Source: an uncultured Actinomycetes bacterium (GTDB taxonomy: Bacteria; Actinomycetota; Acidimicrobiia; IMCC26256; PALSA-610). From it: a stretch of DNA of 64,000 bases. Location: the NCBI GenBank assembly GCA_963839575.1, contig CAWIVQ010000003.1, positions 3,506,579 through 3,570,578 of the forward strand. The letters are read 5' to 3'. The first letter of the stretch is position 1, and each line of letters opens with the position of its first letter. Under the pieces are notes generated by a model. That model saw only the letters and a program-made list of their open reading frames with translations. It made no database searches and was not told where the DNA came from. Positions 52,009 through 61,576 of the stretch are shown piece after piece. A program made the position numbers and the translations under genes.

Positions 52009-52329
52009 ATGTCCAAGTCCCTGCTGGAGCGCCGGCTCATCGACGTGAGCGACCGACTCAAGCGGCTGCGGGCCGAGCTCGCGGTCGCCGAAGAGCAGTG
52101 CGCGGTCCTGGTCGGCGAGGCCGAGGATGCACGGCTGCGTTCCCTCGTCTCGGAGACCCCGCTCGCTCAAGCCGAGGCGCACGAGATGCGCCGGCATGCG
52201 GATGCCCAATCGCGCAACCGCGACGCGCTGCGTCGCGCTATCGAAGAGCTCGAACGCGACCAAGACGCGCTGCTCGATCGCATGGCGAACGAGCTCGCCA
52301 CTCCGCGGGCGCCTACCTCTTCGTCGTAG
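52009..52329 (+). CDS. hypothetical coiled-coil protein
   Basis: 106 aa from the ATG at 52009: MSKSLLERRLIDVSDRLKRLRAELAVAEEQ...RRAIEELERDQDALLDRM. Heptad-like, charged. Ends 7 nt before the ANTAR regulator gene. Confidence 0.5.
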   Translation: MSKSLLERRLIDVSDRLKRLRAELAVAEEQCAVLVGEAEDARLRSLVSETPLAQAEAHEMRRHADAQSRNRDALRRAIEELERDQDALLDRMANELATPRAPTSSS

Positions 52330-52335
52330 CAGAAG

Positions 52336-52935
52336 GTGAGAGGTTCAGAACCGGTGAGCAAATCCGTGCGCGTCGTGATCGCCGAGGACGAGGCGATCAT
52401 CCGTCTCGACCTGAAGGAGATCCTCGAAGAAGAGGGCTACGAAGTGGTCGGCGAGACCGGTCGCGGCGATACGGCGATCGAGCTCGTGCGCGAGCTCGAG
52501 CCCGATCTGGCGATCCTCGACATCAAGATGCCCGGCATGGACGGTCTCACCGCGGCGCGCACCATCGCCGGTGAGCGCCTCGCCGCAGTGCTCATCCTGA
52601 CTGCGTTCTCGCAGCACGACCTGGTCGAGCAGGCGCGCGACGCCGGCGCGCTCGCGTATCTCGTCAAGCCGTTCCAGACGAGCGACCTGTTGCCCGCGAT
52701 CGTGACGGCACTCGGTCGCTTCGAGCAGATCGTCGCGCTCGAACGCGAGAACGCCGATCTCGCCGAGCGACTGGAAGCCCGCAAGGTGATCGACCGGGCC
52801 AAGGGTCGTCTGATGGACGAGCACGGCCTCAGCGAGGCGGATTCCTGGCGCTTCTTGCAAAAGAACGCGATGAACTCCCGCCGCAAGATCCACGAGGTCG
52901 CGCACGACGTCGTGAGCGGCACCCTCGCCCCGTAG
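52336..52935 (+). CDS. pdtaR: ANTAR-domain response regulator (PdtaR-like)
   Basis: Receiver (VRVVIAEDEAIIRLDLKEIL, AILDIKMPGMDG, AYLVKPF) plus ANTAR (LEARKVIDRAKGRLMDEHGLSEADSWRFLQKNAMNSRRKIHEVA). An alternative GTG start at 52354 is possible. Confidence 0.85.
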   Translation: MRGSEPVSKSVRVVIAEDEAIIRLDLKEILEEEGYEVVGETGRGDTAIELVRELEPDLAILDIKMPGMDGLTAARTIAGERLAAVLILTAFSQHDLVEQARDAGALAYLVKPFQTSDLLPAIVTALGRFEQIVALERENADLAERLEARKVIDRAKGRLMDEHGLSEADSWRFLQKNAMNSRRKIHEVAHDVVSGTLAP

Positions 52936-52983
52936 GGGTCCCGGCGCCGCCACCTCCGGAGACTGTCGTCGGGCCGTCGTAGC

Positions 52984-55644
52984 ATGACGGCGATGGCGAA
53001 ATTGCTCCTGCTCGACGGCCATTCGCTGGCGTACCGGGCGTTCTTCGCGCTGCCCACCGATCTGGCCACGAAGTCCGGGACCGTGACCAACGCGGTGTAC
53101 GGGTTCACGTCGATGCTCACCAAGGTGATGGCCGACGAACAGCCCGATCACATCGCGGTCGCCTTCGACGCGCCGGGTGGGAGCACGTACCGCTACGAGC
53201 TCGACCCCGAGTACAAAGCCGGCCGCAAGGAGACCCCCGATCTCTTCCGTTCGCAGCTCCCGTTGATCCACGAGGTGCTCCAGGCGCTCGAGATCATGCA
53301 GTTGGAGATTCCCGGCGTCGAGGCCGACGACGTCATCGCGACGCTGGCGACGCAGGCCGCCGCGGCCGGAACCGACGTGGTGATCGTCACCGGCGATCGC
53401 GACTCGTACCAGCTCGTGCGCGACCCGCACGTGAAGGTGCTCTACAACAAGCGCGGCGTCTCCGACTACGCGCTCTACGACGAGGCGGGAATCGCCGAAC
53501 GGTGTGGTGGCGTCACGCCCGCGCAATACCTCGACTACGCGAGCTTGCGCGGTGATACGAGCGACAACCTCCCGGGTGTGCCCGGCGTCGGCGAGAAGAC
53601 GGCCGCCAAGCTGATCACGACCTACGGCGGGCTCGAAGGCATCTACGAGCACCTGAACGACCTGCCGCCGAAGCAGCGCGCGAATCTGGCCGAGGCCAAA
53701 GAACGCGTCTTCAAGAACCGCGAGATGTCGCGGCTCATCCTCGACGTCGACCTCGGCGGCATCACACCCGCCGATCTGCACCAGGGCGCGTTCGACCGCG
53801 AACGCGTACGGGTGTTGTTCAACCAGCTCGAGTTCCGGTTGTTGTTGCCGCGCATCCTCGACGCGGTCGGCGACGTGGCCGACACTCCCGACTCCGACAC
53901 GCTCGACGTCGAGGTCGCGATCGCCCGTGACGCGAAGAGCGCGGTCGAGGCGCTCACCCGGGCCGGTACGGGTGAGCGGGTCGCGATCGAAGCGCGCTGG
54001 GCGGGCGTGGTCGGCCGCAGCGCCGTCGTCGGGCTCGCGATCTCCACGGGTGACGACGCGACCTTCATCGACGGGGATCTCCTCGCGGGTCGCGGGGTAC
54101 GCGACACGTTACGCGCCATCGACGGGCCGACGAGCCCGCCCCTCGTGGCGCACCGCGCCAAGGAGTTGATGCACGGTCTGGGCCGGGAGCTTCGGTCACT
54201 CGATCGCGACACCGCGGTCATGGCGTACCTTCTCGACCCGGGTGAAGGGAAGTACCTCCTCGAAGATCTCGCCCTGCGCTACCTCTCACTCGAGCTGACC
54301 TCGCCCGACCAGGTGGAGGGCACGCTCGACTTCGACGGCGAGGCCAACGCGCGGGAGACCGGCCGGCGCGTCGCGGTGCTCGTGCGGCTCGCGGATGCGC
54401 TGGCCGAGTCGCTCGAGGCCCGCGAGCTCGTCGAGTTGTACGAGAACATCGAGCGCCCCCTCGTCGCCGTGCTCGCGAAGATGGAAGACGCAGGCGTGCG
54501 GATCGACGTCGGGTTCCTCGAGGAGCTGGGCAAGGAGCTCGGCGACGACTGCCGGCGCCTCGAAGCCGAGATCCACACTCACGCCGGTGAGCAGTTCAAC
54601 GTCAACTCCACGCCGCAGCTCCGGCGCATCTTGTTCGAGAAGCTCGGGCTGACTCCGGTCAAAAAGACGAAGACGGGCCCGTCCACCGACGCCGATTCGT
54701 TGCAGAAGCTGGCGGAGGAGCACCCGATCGTCGAGGCGCTGTTGCGCTACCGCGAGGTCGAGAAACTGCGGAACACCTACGCCGATGCGCTCCCGCCGCT
54801 CGTGCATGCCGACGGTCGTATCCACGCGACGTTCAACCAGCTCGCCACGACCACCGGCCGCATCTCGAGCGAGGCGCCCAACCTCCAGAACGTGCCCGTG
54901 CGCACGTCGGCCGGCCGCGAGCTGCGCAAGGCGTTCATTGCCGACGAAGGTTGCGGACTCCTCACCGCCGACTACTCACAGATCGAGTTGCGGGTGCTGG
55001 CGCATCTCGCGCAGGACCCGGGGCTGATCGAGGCTTTCGAGCGCGGCGCCGACGTGCACACCACGACGGCCGCGGCCGTCTTCCATGTCGACGAGCGTCA
55101 GGTCGACGAGTTCCAGCGGCGCTTCGCCAAGGTCGTCAACTACGGGCTCGCCTACGGCATGGAGGCGTACGGGCTCGGCACGCGGCTCGACATCCCCACC
55201 GATCAGGCCCGCGAGATCCTCGATGCGTACTTCGCCGCCTTCCCGAACATCGCCACCTACATGACCGAGACGATCCGGGAGGCAAAGGCCACGGGTTTCA
55301 CGACGACGTTGTTCGGCCGGCGCCGCCAACTTCCCGAGCTCTCCTCGGACAACTTCCGGATCCGGCAGATGGGCGAGCGCATGGCGCAGAACGCGCCGGT
55401 GCAGGGGAGCGCGGCCGACATCTTCAAGCTGGCGATGGTCGATCTCGACCGCGCGCTCGCGGCCGGTGGCTTCACGAGCCGCATGGTGCTCACCGTGCAC
55501 GACGAGCTCGTGTTGGAGGTGCCGCTCGGCGAGCGCGAGCGGGTGACCGAGGTCGTGCGCGACACGATGGAGCACGTCACCGAGTTGCGCGTCCCACTCG
55601 TGGTCGACATCGGCTTCGGGGCCACCTGGGCCGACGCGAAATAG
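52984..55644 (+). CDS. polA: DNA polymerase I
   Basis: 886 aa. 5-prime nuclease LLLLDGHSLAYRAFFA, VTGDRDSYQL. Polymerase motifs LLTADYSQIELRVLAH, RRFAKVVNYGLAYG, LTVHDELVLEV. Confidence 0.95.
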   Translation: MTAMAKLLLLDGHSLAYRAFFALPTDLATKSGTVTNAVYGFTSMLTKVMADEQPDHIAVAFDAPGGSTYRYELDPEYKAGRKETPDLFRSQLPLIHEVLQALEIMQLEIPGVEADDVIATLATQAAAAGTDVVIVTGDRDSYQLVRDPHVKVLYNKRGVSDYALYDEAGIAERCGGVTPAQYLDYASLRGDTSDNLPGVPGVGEKTAAKLITTYGGLEGIYEHLNDLPPKQRANLAEAKERVFKNREMSRLILDVDLGGITPADLHQGAFDRERVRVLFNQLEFRLLLPRILDAVGDVADTPDSDTLDVEVAIARDAKSAVEALTRAGTGERVAIEARWAGVVGRSAVVGLAISTGDDATFIDGDLLAGRGVRDTLRAIDGPTSPPLVAHRAKELMHGLGRELRSLDRDTAVMAYLLDPGEGKYLLEDLALRYLSLELTSPDQVEGTLDFDGEANARETGRRVAVLVRLADALAESLEARELVELYENIERPLVAVLAKMEDAGVRIDVGFLEELGKELGDDCRRLEAEIHTHAGEQFNVNSTPQLRRILFEKLGLTPVKKTKTGPSTDADSLQKLAEEHPIVEALLRYREVEKLRNTYADALPPLVHADGRIHATFNQLATTTGRISSEAPNLQNVPVRTSAGRELRKAFIADEGCGLLTADYSQIELRVLAHLAQDPGLIEAFERGADVHTTTAAAVFHVDERQVDEFQRRFAKVVNYGLAYGMEAYGLGTRLDIPTDQAREILDAYFAAFPNIATYMTETIREAKATGFTTTLFGRRRQLPELSSDNFRIRQMGERMAQNAPVQGSAADIFKLAMVDLDRALAAGGFTSRMVLTVHDELVLEVPLGERERVTEVVRDTMEHVTELRVPLVVDIGFGATWADAK

Positions 55645-55680
55645 CTCGGCGACCAGCCCGTCGCGACGACCGAGCACCGC

Positions 55681-58600
55681 TCAGCGATCGAAGGCGGCGA
55701 GTCCCACGATGGGTGCCGGTGGCACGCGGTTGCCGAGCGAGCCGAGGAAGGGCGAGCTGGAGAAGTCGAACACCCCGCCGTCGGACGCGGCGAGCAGGTA
55801 GCCGTTGCCGAAGCGCACCATGCCGACGATCGCCCGGTTGAGACGGATCGCCCCGAGCGAGCCGCGGAAGGGTGCGTCGCCGAATGCGAACACCCCACCG
55901 TCTGCCGCGTCGAGCCAGTAGCCCCTGCCACTCGACGTCGGAACGAGCCCGATGATCGGTTGGTTGAGGCGCGTCGACCCGAGCGACCCCCGGAAGCGCG
56001 CGTCGCCGAACGCGAACACCCCGCCATCCGATGCGACCATGAAGTAGCCGCGGCCCGAGGCGGTCGGGACGGAGTCGATCACGCTGCCGTTCAGGTGCAC
56101 ACCGCGCATGTCGCCGTAGAACTTGGCATCGCCGAGGGCGAAGACGCGCCCTTCCGTCGTGAACAACCAGTAGCCCTTGTGCGTCTGCGTCTCGCTGATC
56201 GCCCGCACCTCTTCGCCGGGGTCGAGCGGGCCGCCGTCGCCGTACCATCGCGCGTCGCCGAACGTGTACACATGGCCGGCGCGATTGACGATCCAGTAGC
56301 CCTGCGCGGTGTCCGTCGGTGTGAGATGCGCGACCGTCGGGTCGGCCGGGTTCCCGTATGGGTGCGCGTTGCCGAACGCGTACACGGCGCCGTCCGCGCC
56401 GAGCATCCAGTATCCGTGCTGCGGCTTGGCGACGACGTGCGCGGTGAAGGTGACGTTGCGCACCCCCAGGCCGTCGGCGGGGTTGATCGACCACGTGTCG
56501 GTGAACGTCCCCGTCTTCGTCGCGGAGAACCGGACCCGCTCGGTGAGGGTGCCGCCGGGCGGCAGGTTCGTACCTTCGGGCAACAACGTGCGCGCGGTAA
56601 ACCCGAGGTTCCTCGCGGGTGGCTTCGAACGCACGATCGACGCGGCCAGGCCCCCCGTGTTGCGGAGCACGAACTGCGAGTCGACCGTCGTTCCCACGGT
56701 CACGTTGGCGAGATCGAACGACGTCGGCGTGATGGTGACGTGCGCGGGATCGGCGACGACCCCCGTCAGCTTGACGGTCTGGTCGCCACCGTCGGAGTGC
56801 ACGGTGAACTGGTCGTCGTGTTCGCCTTTGGTGACGCCCACGGCAGGCGCGAACGTGACGGTCACGGTGATGGACGCGCCCGGGGCGATCGTGCTTCCCG
56901 GGGCCGGGACGTTCGCGAGGGTGAACGGTGAGCCGGTCGCCGGCGGATCGGTGGCGCCGAGGTTCGCGACGGTCGCGCCCTGGTTCGAGAGGGTGACGAC
57001 TCCCGACAGCGGGTTGCCGCCCGCTGTTGTTCCGCCCAGGCTGAGCAGTGCCGGCGACGCGACGAGATCGGCCGAGGCGGTCGCTCCGACGGCGGTGAGC
57101 GCGATGTCGACGGGGCCGTCGGTGGTCGCGGCTTCCAGCGTCGTCGACGCAAGCCCCACCTTGGTCGGGGTGAACGTGATCGGCACCGTGATCGTGTCGT
57201 TGACGGCGAGTGACGCGGATGTCGCCGGAGTCGCGTTGCCGATGCCGAACGTGGCGGCGCTCGAACTGAACCCCGTGACCGTGGTCGGGCGTTGGGCCGT
57301 GAAGGTCACCGTCGCGGTGGCCGATTGCCCGACGACGGTGGTCGGGAACGAGGCCGGCGACACCTGCAAGGGCGCCATCACCGGTGACCCGAATGCGAGT
57401 ACGTGGCCGTCGCGCGCGCCGACGTAGACGCGTGCGCCGTCAACCGCCGGAACCGAGTACTTCGACGCGGTGCCGATGGGAGCGCTCCACAGCAGCGTGA
57501 ACTGGCCGTTCACCGGGACTGGGTCGTAGGCGCGGAGTTGCGCGTTCGCGCCCGTGCCGTCTGCTTCCCACACGACCCAGAGCACGGGGCTCCCGGACGC
57601 GACCCCGTTCGAGGTCACCACCGGGCCACCGGAGCCGTACCCGAACGTGTCGGTCGTCGAAGCTGCGAGGCTCAGCGTGGGGTTCCCGGTTCCGTCGACG
57701 CCGTACTTGTACGCCCGCAAGTACCCCGACGAGCCGGCGCCCACCCCGCCGGAACCGTTCGCGGTCACGACGTACACGTACCCGCCGTCGCCCGGCCAGA
57801 CTGCCGGACGGCTCCACACGCCCCCATACGGCCCGACCCGCGCGACGACGCTGTCGCCGCCGCCCGCGCCCTGCTGGTAGCCGCCGAGGTGGTCGCGATC
57901 GAGGAGGTAGACGTAGCCCTGCTTTCCCTCGGTCACGAGGAGGTGCGGGTGGCTCGGCGTCCCGAAATATGCATCGGGCAGACCGACCGGGCCGCCGGAG
58001 CCGAAGTCGAGGTCGTTCTGTTCGAGCGTCGCGCCGTCGTAGGGGGCGAAGAAGTCGACCGGCTTCAACGTGCCGTCGGGTTGCACCACGACCCGCGCGA
58101 CCGCCTCGGAGAGGTCGTTCGGCGGCTGATTGCCCGGGCGGGGCCCGCTGAGGTCCCAGCCGCCGTTGCCGGTCGAGAACAGGATCTGGCCGTCACCGTC
58201 GGATACGAGACCCGACCCCGCCTGCCAGATGCCCGCGCCCGAGACGTCGTCGCGCACCGCGGTGAACATCGTCGTGATGGCGTGCGTCGTCGTCGACAGA
58301 CCGACGATCCACCCTGCCCACGGGTATCCGTCGCAGCTCGATCCGAATGCGGCGTACACGACGCCGTTCATCAACAGCAGTCCCGGCCGCTGCAATTGCA
58401 TCAGGGGATTGAACTGGTGCGCCGCGTTGTGGGTCGCGTTGTCGGCGTAACCCGCGATCGTGATCGGCCACCCCGGTGCCTCGGTCCCGGTCGCGACGTT
58501 GACTGCGTGGGCAAGGTATTGCGGTGTGCCGGAGCTGCCGGACACGTACTGCTTGTCGAGGAAGTAGGCCGTGTTCGTCGCCGGATCGACGACCGGAGTG

Positions 58601-59031
58601 CCCGTCACGCCGATGTGGGGCGCCAGGTCGGCGCAGCCGATGTCCGACGCGTTGAAGGGCACGCCCAGCGTCCGCTTCCAGCGCTGTGTGCCGGTGATCG
58701 GGTCGAGCCCGTAGACGTTGTCGTTCTCGGTGGCGACCAGCAGCGTCCCCTGCGACACGATCGGCTGCGCGTACACCTGGCCGTCGACCGTCGCGCTGAA
58801 GAGGCGCCCGAACTGACCGCCGGTCACGGTGTTCGGAGACAACGCGGACTGGTCGGGGTACCAACCGTTGCGCAGGGGGTTGTTCGAGTACGTGAGCACG
58901 TCGGCCCGGCCGCTCGAAGCGGGCGCGACCGCGGCGAGCGGAGCCGCGACCAGTGTGAGCAGCGCAAACCGCGCGAGGCGATGCTTCGCCGCAGTTCCCA
59001 AAGCGTCGCCTCCCCAGCACGGCGGAACCAC
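55681..59031 (-). CDS. 1116-aa secreted multidomain protein: signal peptide, PQQ/BamB-like beta-propeller, three Ig-like (ASH/choice-of-anchor-D-like) domains, C-terminal GYW/SDGG.F.FGDA repeat domain
   Basis: Uninterrupted ORF. N-terminus HRLARFALLTLVAAPLAAVAPASSGRA; a TTG at 59001 with a GGGAGG Shine-Dalgarno is an alternative start. Propeller-like GQVYAQPIV...NDNVYGLDPITGTQRW. Repeated ...ATVTFTA.../...ITVTVTFAP... beta-sandwich segments. The last ~270 aa hold seven repeats such as GYWLDAADGGVFAFGDAPFRGSLGAIRLNRAIVGM. Confidence 0.8.
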   Translation of the reverse strand: MVPPCWGGDALGTAAKHRLARFALLTLVAAPLAAVAPASSGRADVLTYSNNPLRNGWYPDQSALSPNTVTGGQFGRLFSATVDGQVYAQPIVSQGTLLVATENDNVYGLDPITGTQRWKRTLGVPFNASDIGCADLAPHIGVTGTPVVDPATNTAYFLDKQYVSGSSGTPQYLAHAVNVATGTEAPGWPITIAGYADNATHNAAHQFNPLMQLQRPGLLLMNGVVYAAFGSSCDGYPWAGWIVGLSTTTHAITTMFTAVRDDVSGAGIWQAGSGLVSDGDGQILFSTGNGGWDLSGPRPGNQPPNDLSEAVARVVVQPDGTLKPVDFFAPYDGATLEQNDLDFGSGGPVGLPDAYFGTPSHPHLLVTEGKQGYVYLLDRDHLGGYQQGAGGGDSVVARVGPYGGVWSRPAVWPGDGGYVYVVTANGSGGVGAGSSGYLRAYKYGVDGTGNPTLSLAASTTDTFGYGSGGPVVTSNGVASGSPVLWVVWEADGTGANAQLRAYDPVPVNGQFTLLWSAPIGTASKYSVPAVDGARVYVGARDGHVLAFGSPVMAPLQVSPASFPTTVVGQSATATVTFTAQRPTTVTGFSSSAATFGIGNATPATSASLAVNDTITVPITFTPTKVGLASTTLEAATTDGPVDIALTAVGATASADLVASPALLSLGGTTAGGNPLSGVVTLSNQGATVANLGATDPPATGSPFTLANVPAPGSTIAPGASITVTVTFAPAVGVTKGEHDDQFTVHSDGGDQTVKLTGVVADPAHVTITPTSFDLANVTVGTTVDSQFVLRNTGGLAASIVRSKPPARNLGFTARTLLPEGTNLPPGGTLTERVRFSATKTGTFTDTWSINPADGLGVRNVTFTAHVVAKPQHGYWMLGADGAVYAFGNAHPYGNPADPTVAHLTPTDTAQGYWIVNRAGHVYTFGDARWYGDGGPLDPGEEVRAISETQTHKGYWLFTTEGRVFALGDAKFYGDMRGVHLNGSVIDSVPTASGRGYFMVASDGGVFAFGDARFRGSLGSTRLNQPIIGLVPTSSGRGYWLDAADGGVFAFGDAPFRGSLGAIRLNRAIVGMVRFGNGYLLAASDGGVFDFSSSPFLGSLGNRVPPAPIVGLAAFDR

Positions 59032-59099
59032 CGATCCCGACTACGGATGGTAGTCGCCAGGCTTCGATCTGTGGCAGCCGGGCTGCGCGAAGCTCGGGT

Positions 59100-59861
59100 A
59101 TGCCCGGTACGCCCACTCCCGACCCGGGCCATTGGTTCAATCCGCTCGCCGCGTTCGTCGGGCCGGCCTACCTGCGCAACGCCTTCGCGATGGGCAGCGT
59201 GCAGGAGGTCGATTTCCTCGTCGACGAATTGCGGTTGCATCCGGGGATGCGGGTCCTCGACGCCGGCTGCGGTCCGGGGCGCCACGCGCTCGAGCTCGCA
59301 CGGCGGGGGATCGAGGTCGTCGGTGTCGACGTGTCGCCCGAGTTCTTGGCGTTGGCCCGGGCCGAAGCAGGTGCACTCCCCGTCGAGTTCTTGCAGATCG
59401 ACGTTCGGTCGCTGCCGTTCGTCGACGCTTTCGATGCGGTCATCTGTCTGTGCCAAGGCGGATTCGGACTCCTCGGCGGTGGCGACGACGAGCTCGACGT
59501 CGTGTCGCGGTTCGCGGCCGCGCTCAGACCCGGCGGTGCGCTCGCACTGAGCGCGTTCTCCTCGTACTTCGTCGTACGTCATCTGGAGCCGGACGAGTCG
59601 TTCGATGCCGACTCCGGTGTGGAGCACGAGGTGGCGGTCGTACGCGATCCCGACGGTCGCGAGCGCACCTTCGACCTCTGGACGACCTGCTACACGCCCC
59701 GGGAGCTCCGCCTTCTCGCGACACGTGCCGGCCTCGTGGTCGACGGCGTCTACGGCGTGGCGCCGGGTCGCTACTCGCGCGCCGACGCATCGATCGACGT
59801 ACCGGAGCATCTCTTGGTGGCGCACCGCCCGGACGACGAAGAGTTTCCCTCGGGGCAATAG
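59100..59861 (+). CDS. class I SAM-dependent methyltransferase
   Basis: 253 aa. RVLDAGCGPGRHALELARRG, VVGVDVS, ALRPGGALAL. Confidence 0.75.
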   Translation: MPGTPTPDPGHWFNPLAAFVGPAYLRNAFAMGSVQEVDFLVDELRLHPGMRVLDAGCGPGRHALELARRGIEVVGVDVSPEFLALARAEAGALPVEFLQIDVRSLPFVDAFDAVICLCQGGFGLLGGGDDELDVVSRFAAALRPGGALALSAFSSYFVVRHLEPDESFDADSGVEHEVAVVRDPDGRERTFDLWTTCYTPRELRLLATRAGLVVDGVYGVAPGRYSRADASIDVPEHLLVAHRPDDEEFPSGQ

Positions 59862-59963
59862 GCCTGTAGCCTTGCCGAGCCGCTCCACCGGAGCGGCGAT
59901 GGGCGCGCGCGCAGCCCACGTTTCGATGCGCCGCTCGTCGACCCCGAACAAAGCAGGAATCAA

Positions 59964-61389
59964 GTGTTGGACCAGGAACCGGACGCGACTGCGCCGCCCA
60001 CCGCCGCAGCCGCCGAGACCACCGCCGCCGAGCCCGTCGCGGGTACGGATGTCACGGCGGCGGAAGATGCCGAATCCGAGATGGAGCAGAACATCGTCGA
60101 GAACGATCTCGGCGAGATGTCGCTGGAAGACGCGATCGACGCCACCATCGTCGCGTTCGACGACGGTGATCTCGTGCACGGCAAGGTCGTGAAGATCGAC
60201 GCGGACGAGGTGCTCCTCGACATCGGCTACAAGTCCGAGGGCGTCATCCCGAGCAAGGAGCTGTCGATCCGCAACGACGTCGACCCGCACGAGGTCGTCT
60301 CGCTCGGCGAGGAGATCGAAGCACTCGTCCTCCAAAAAGAGGACAAGGACGGTCGCCTGATCCTGTCGAAGAAGCGCGCGCAGTACGAGCGCGCGTGGGG
60401 CACGATCGAACAGAAGAAGGAGAACGAGGAAGTCGTCTCCGGACCGGTCATCGAGGTCGTCAAGGGCGGACTCATCATCGACATCGGACTTCGCGGCTTC
60501 CTGCCCGCGTCGCTCGTCGACCTCCGCCGGGTGCGCGACCTGCACCCGTATGTCGGGCGAGTGCTCGAGTGCAAGATCATCGAGCTCGACAAGAACCGCA
60601 ACAACGTCGTCTTGTCGCGTCGCGCCTATCTCGAAGAGACCCAGCGCGAACAGCGCGACGAGTTCCTCACGAACTTGAAGCCGGGCGAGATCCGTCAGGG
60701 TGTCGTGTCGTCGGTGGTCAACTTCGGTGCGTTCGTCGATCTCGGCGGCATGGACGGTCTCGTCCACGTGTCCGAGCTGTCGTGGAAGCACGTCGATCAC
60801 CCGTCGTCGGTGGTGCAAGTCGGTGACGAGGTCACCGTGCAGGTCCTCGACGTCGACCTTTCCCGTGAGCGGATCTCGTTGTCGTTGAAGGCCACCCAGC
60901 AGGACCCGTGGCAGGAGTTCGCGACGGGCCACCAGGTGGGCGAGCTCGTCTACGGCCGGGTCACCAAGCTCGTGCCGTTCGGCGCGTTCGTGCAGGTCGG
61001 CGAGGGCATCGAGGGCCTGGTGCACATCTCCGAGATGGCCGCGCACCACGTCGAGGCGCCCGAGCAGGTGGTCACTCCCGGCGAGGAGCTGTGGGTGAAG
61101 ATCATCGACATCGACCTCGAACGCCGGCGGATCTCGCTGTCGATCAAGCAAGCCGCCGAAGGCGGCGAGGTCGCGGCCGAGTACCGCGAGTTCTACGGTG
61201 AGCACGCCTACGACGCGCAAGGCAACTACATCGGTCCCGACTACACCGAGGGCGAAGCAGGTGCCGAAGGTGCGGCCGCGCCCGAGGCGTCCGACGCGCC
61301 GACGCGCGCCCGAGACGTCCGACACGTCCGACGCGGACGCTGCGCCCGTCGAGGCCGCCCTCGCCGACCCCGAATCCCCGGCGAGCTGA
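59964..61389 (+). CDS. rpsA: 30S ribosomal protein S1; acidic tail appears to change frame near 61305
   Basis: Four S1 domains (GDLVHGKVVKIDADEVLLDIGYKSEGVIP, VIEVVKGGLIIDIG.RGFLPAS, GVVSSVVNFGAFVDLGGMDGLVHVSE, GRVTKLVPFGAFVQVGEGIEGLVHISE). The open frame runs to 61565 through the palindromic repeats as Arg-rich junk. The frame of ORF 61198..61389 gives APETSDTSDADAAPVEAALADPESPAS-stop just before the repeats. The N-terminal start is uncertain (GTG at 59964 or ATG at 60081). Confidence 0.85.
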
Positions 61390-61406
61390 ACCAACACTCC
61401 CTCCAA

Positions 61407-61538
61407 CAGTTGGCAGGAAAACGCGTGCGTGGCACCGTTTTCCTTGCCATCTGTTGGTGGGGAAACGCGTGTGTGGAACCGTTTTCCCCACCAACTGTTG
61501 GTGGGGAAACGCGTGCGTGGTGCCGTTTTTCTTGCCAA
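61407..61538. repeat. three tandem 44-nt repeats, each internally self-complementary (hairpin-forming)
   Basis: 61407 cagttggcaggaaaacgcgtgcgtggcaccgttttccttgccat. 61451 ctgttggtggggaaacgcgtgtgtggaaccgttttccccaccaa. 61495 ctgttggtggggaaacgcgtgcgtggtgccgtttttcttgccaa. Arms such as ttggcaggaaaacg/cgttttccttgcca flank a ~12-nt centre. Located between the rpsA stop and the coaE start. Confidence 0.85.
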
Positions 61539-61576
61539 CAGTCGAGGATTGATCCGGCTTCGTAGACTCCCCGCCC

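Noticed and set aside
61403-61541. Possible CRISPR array, because of regularly spaced palindromic repeats.
   Set aside because: The 44-nt units are directly adjacent with no unique spacers. There are only three copies and no cas genes in the window.
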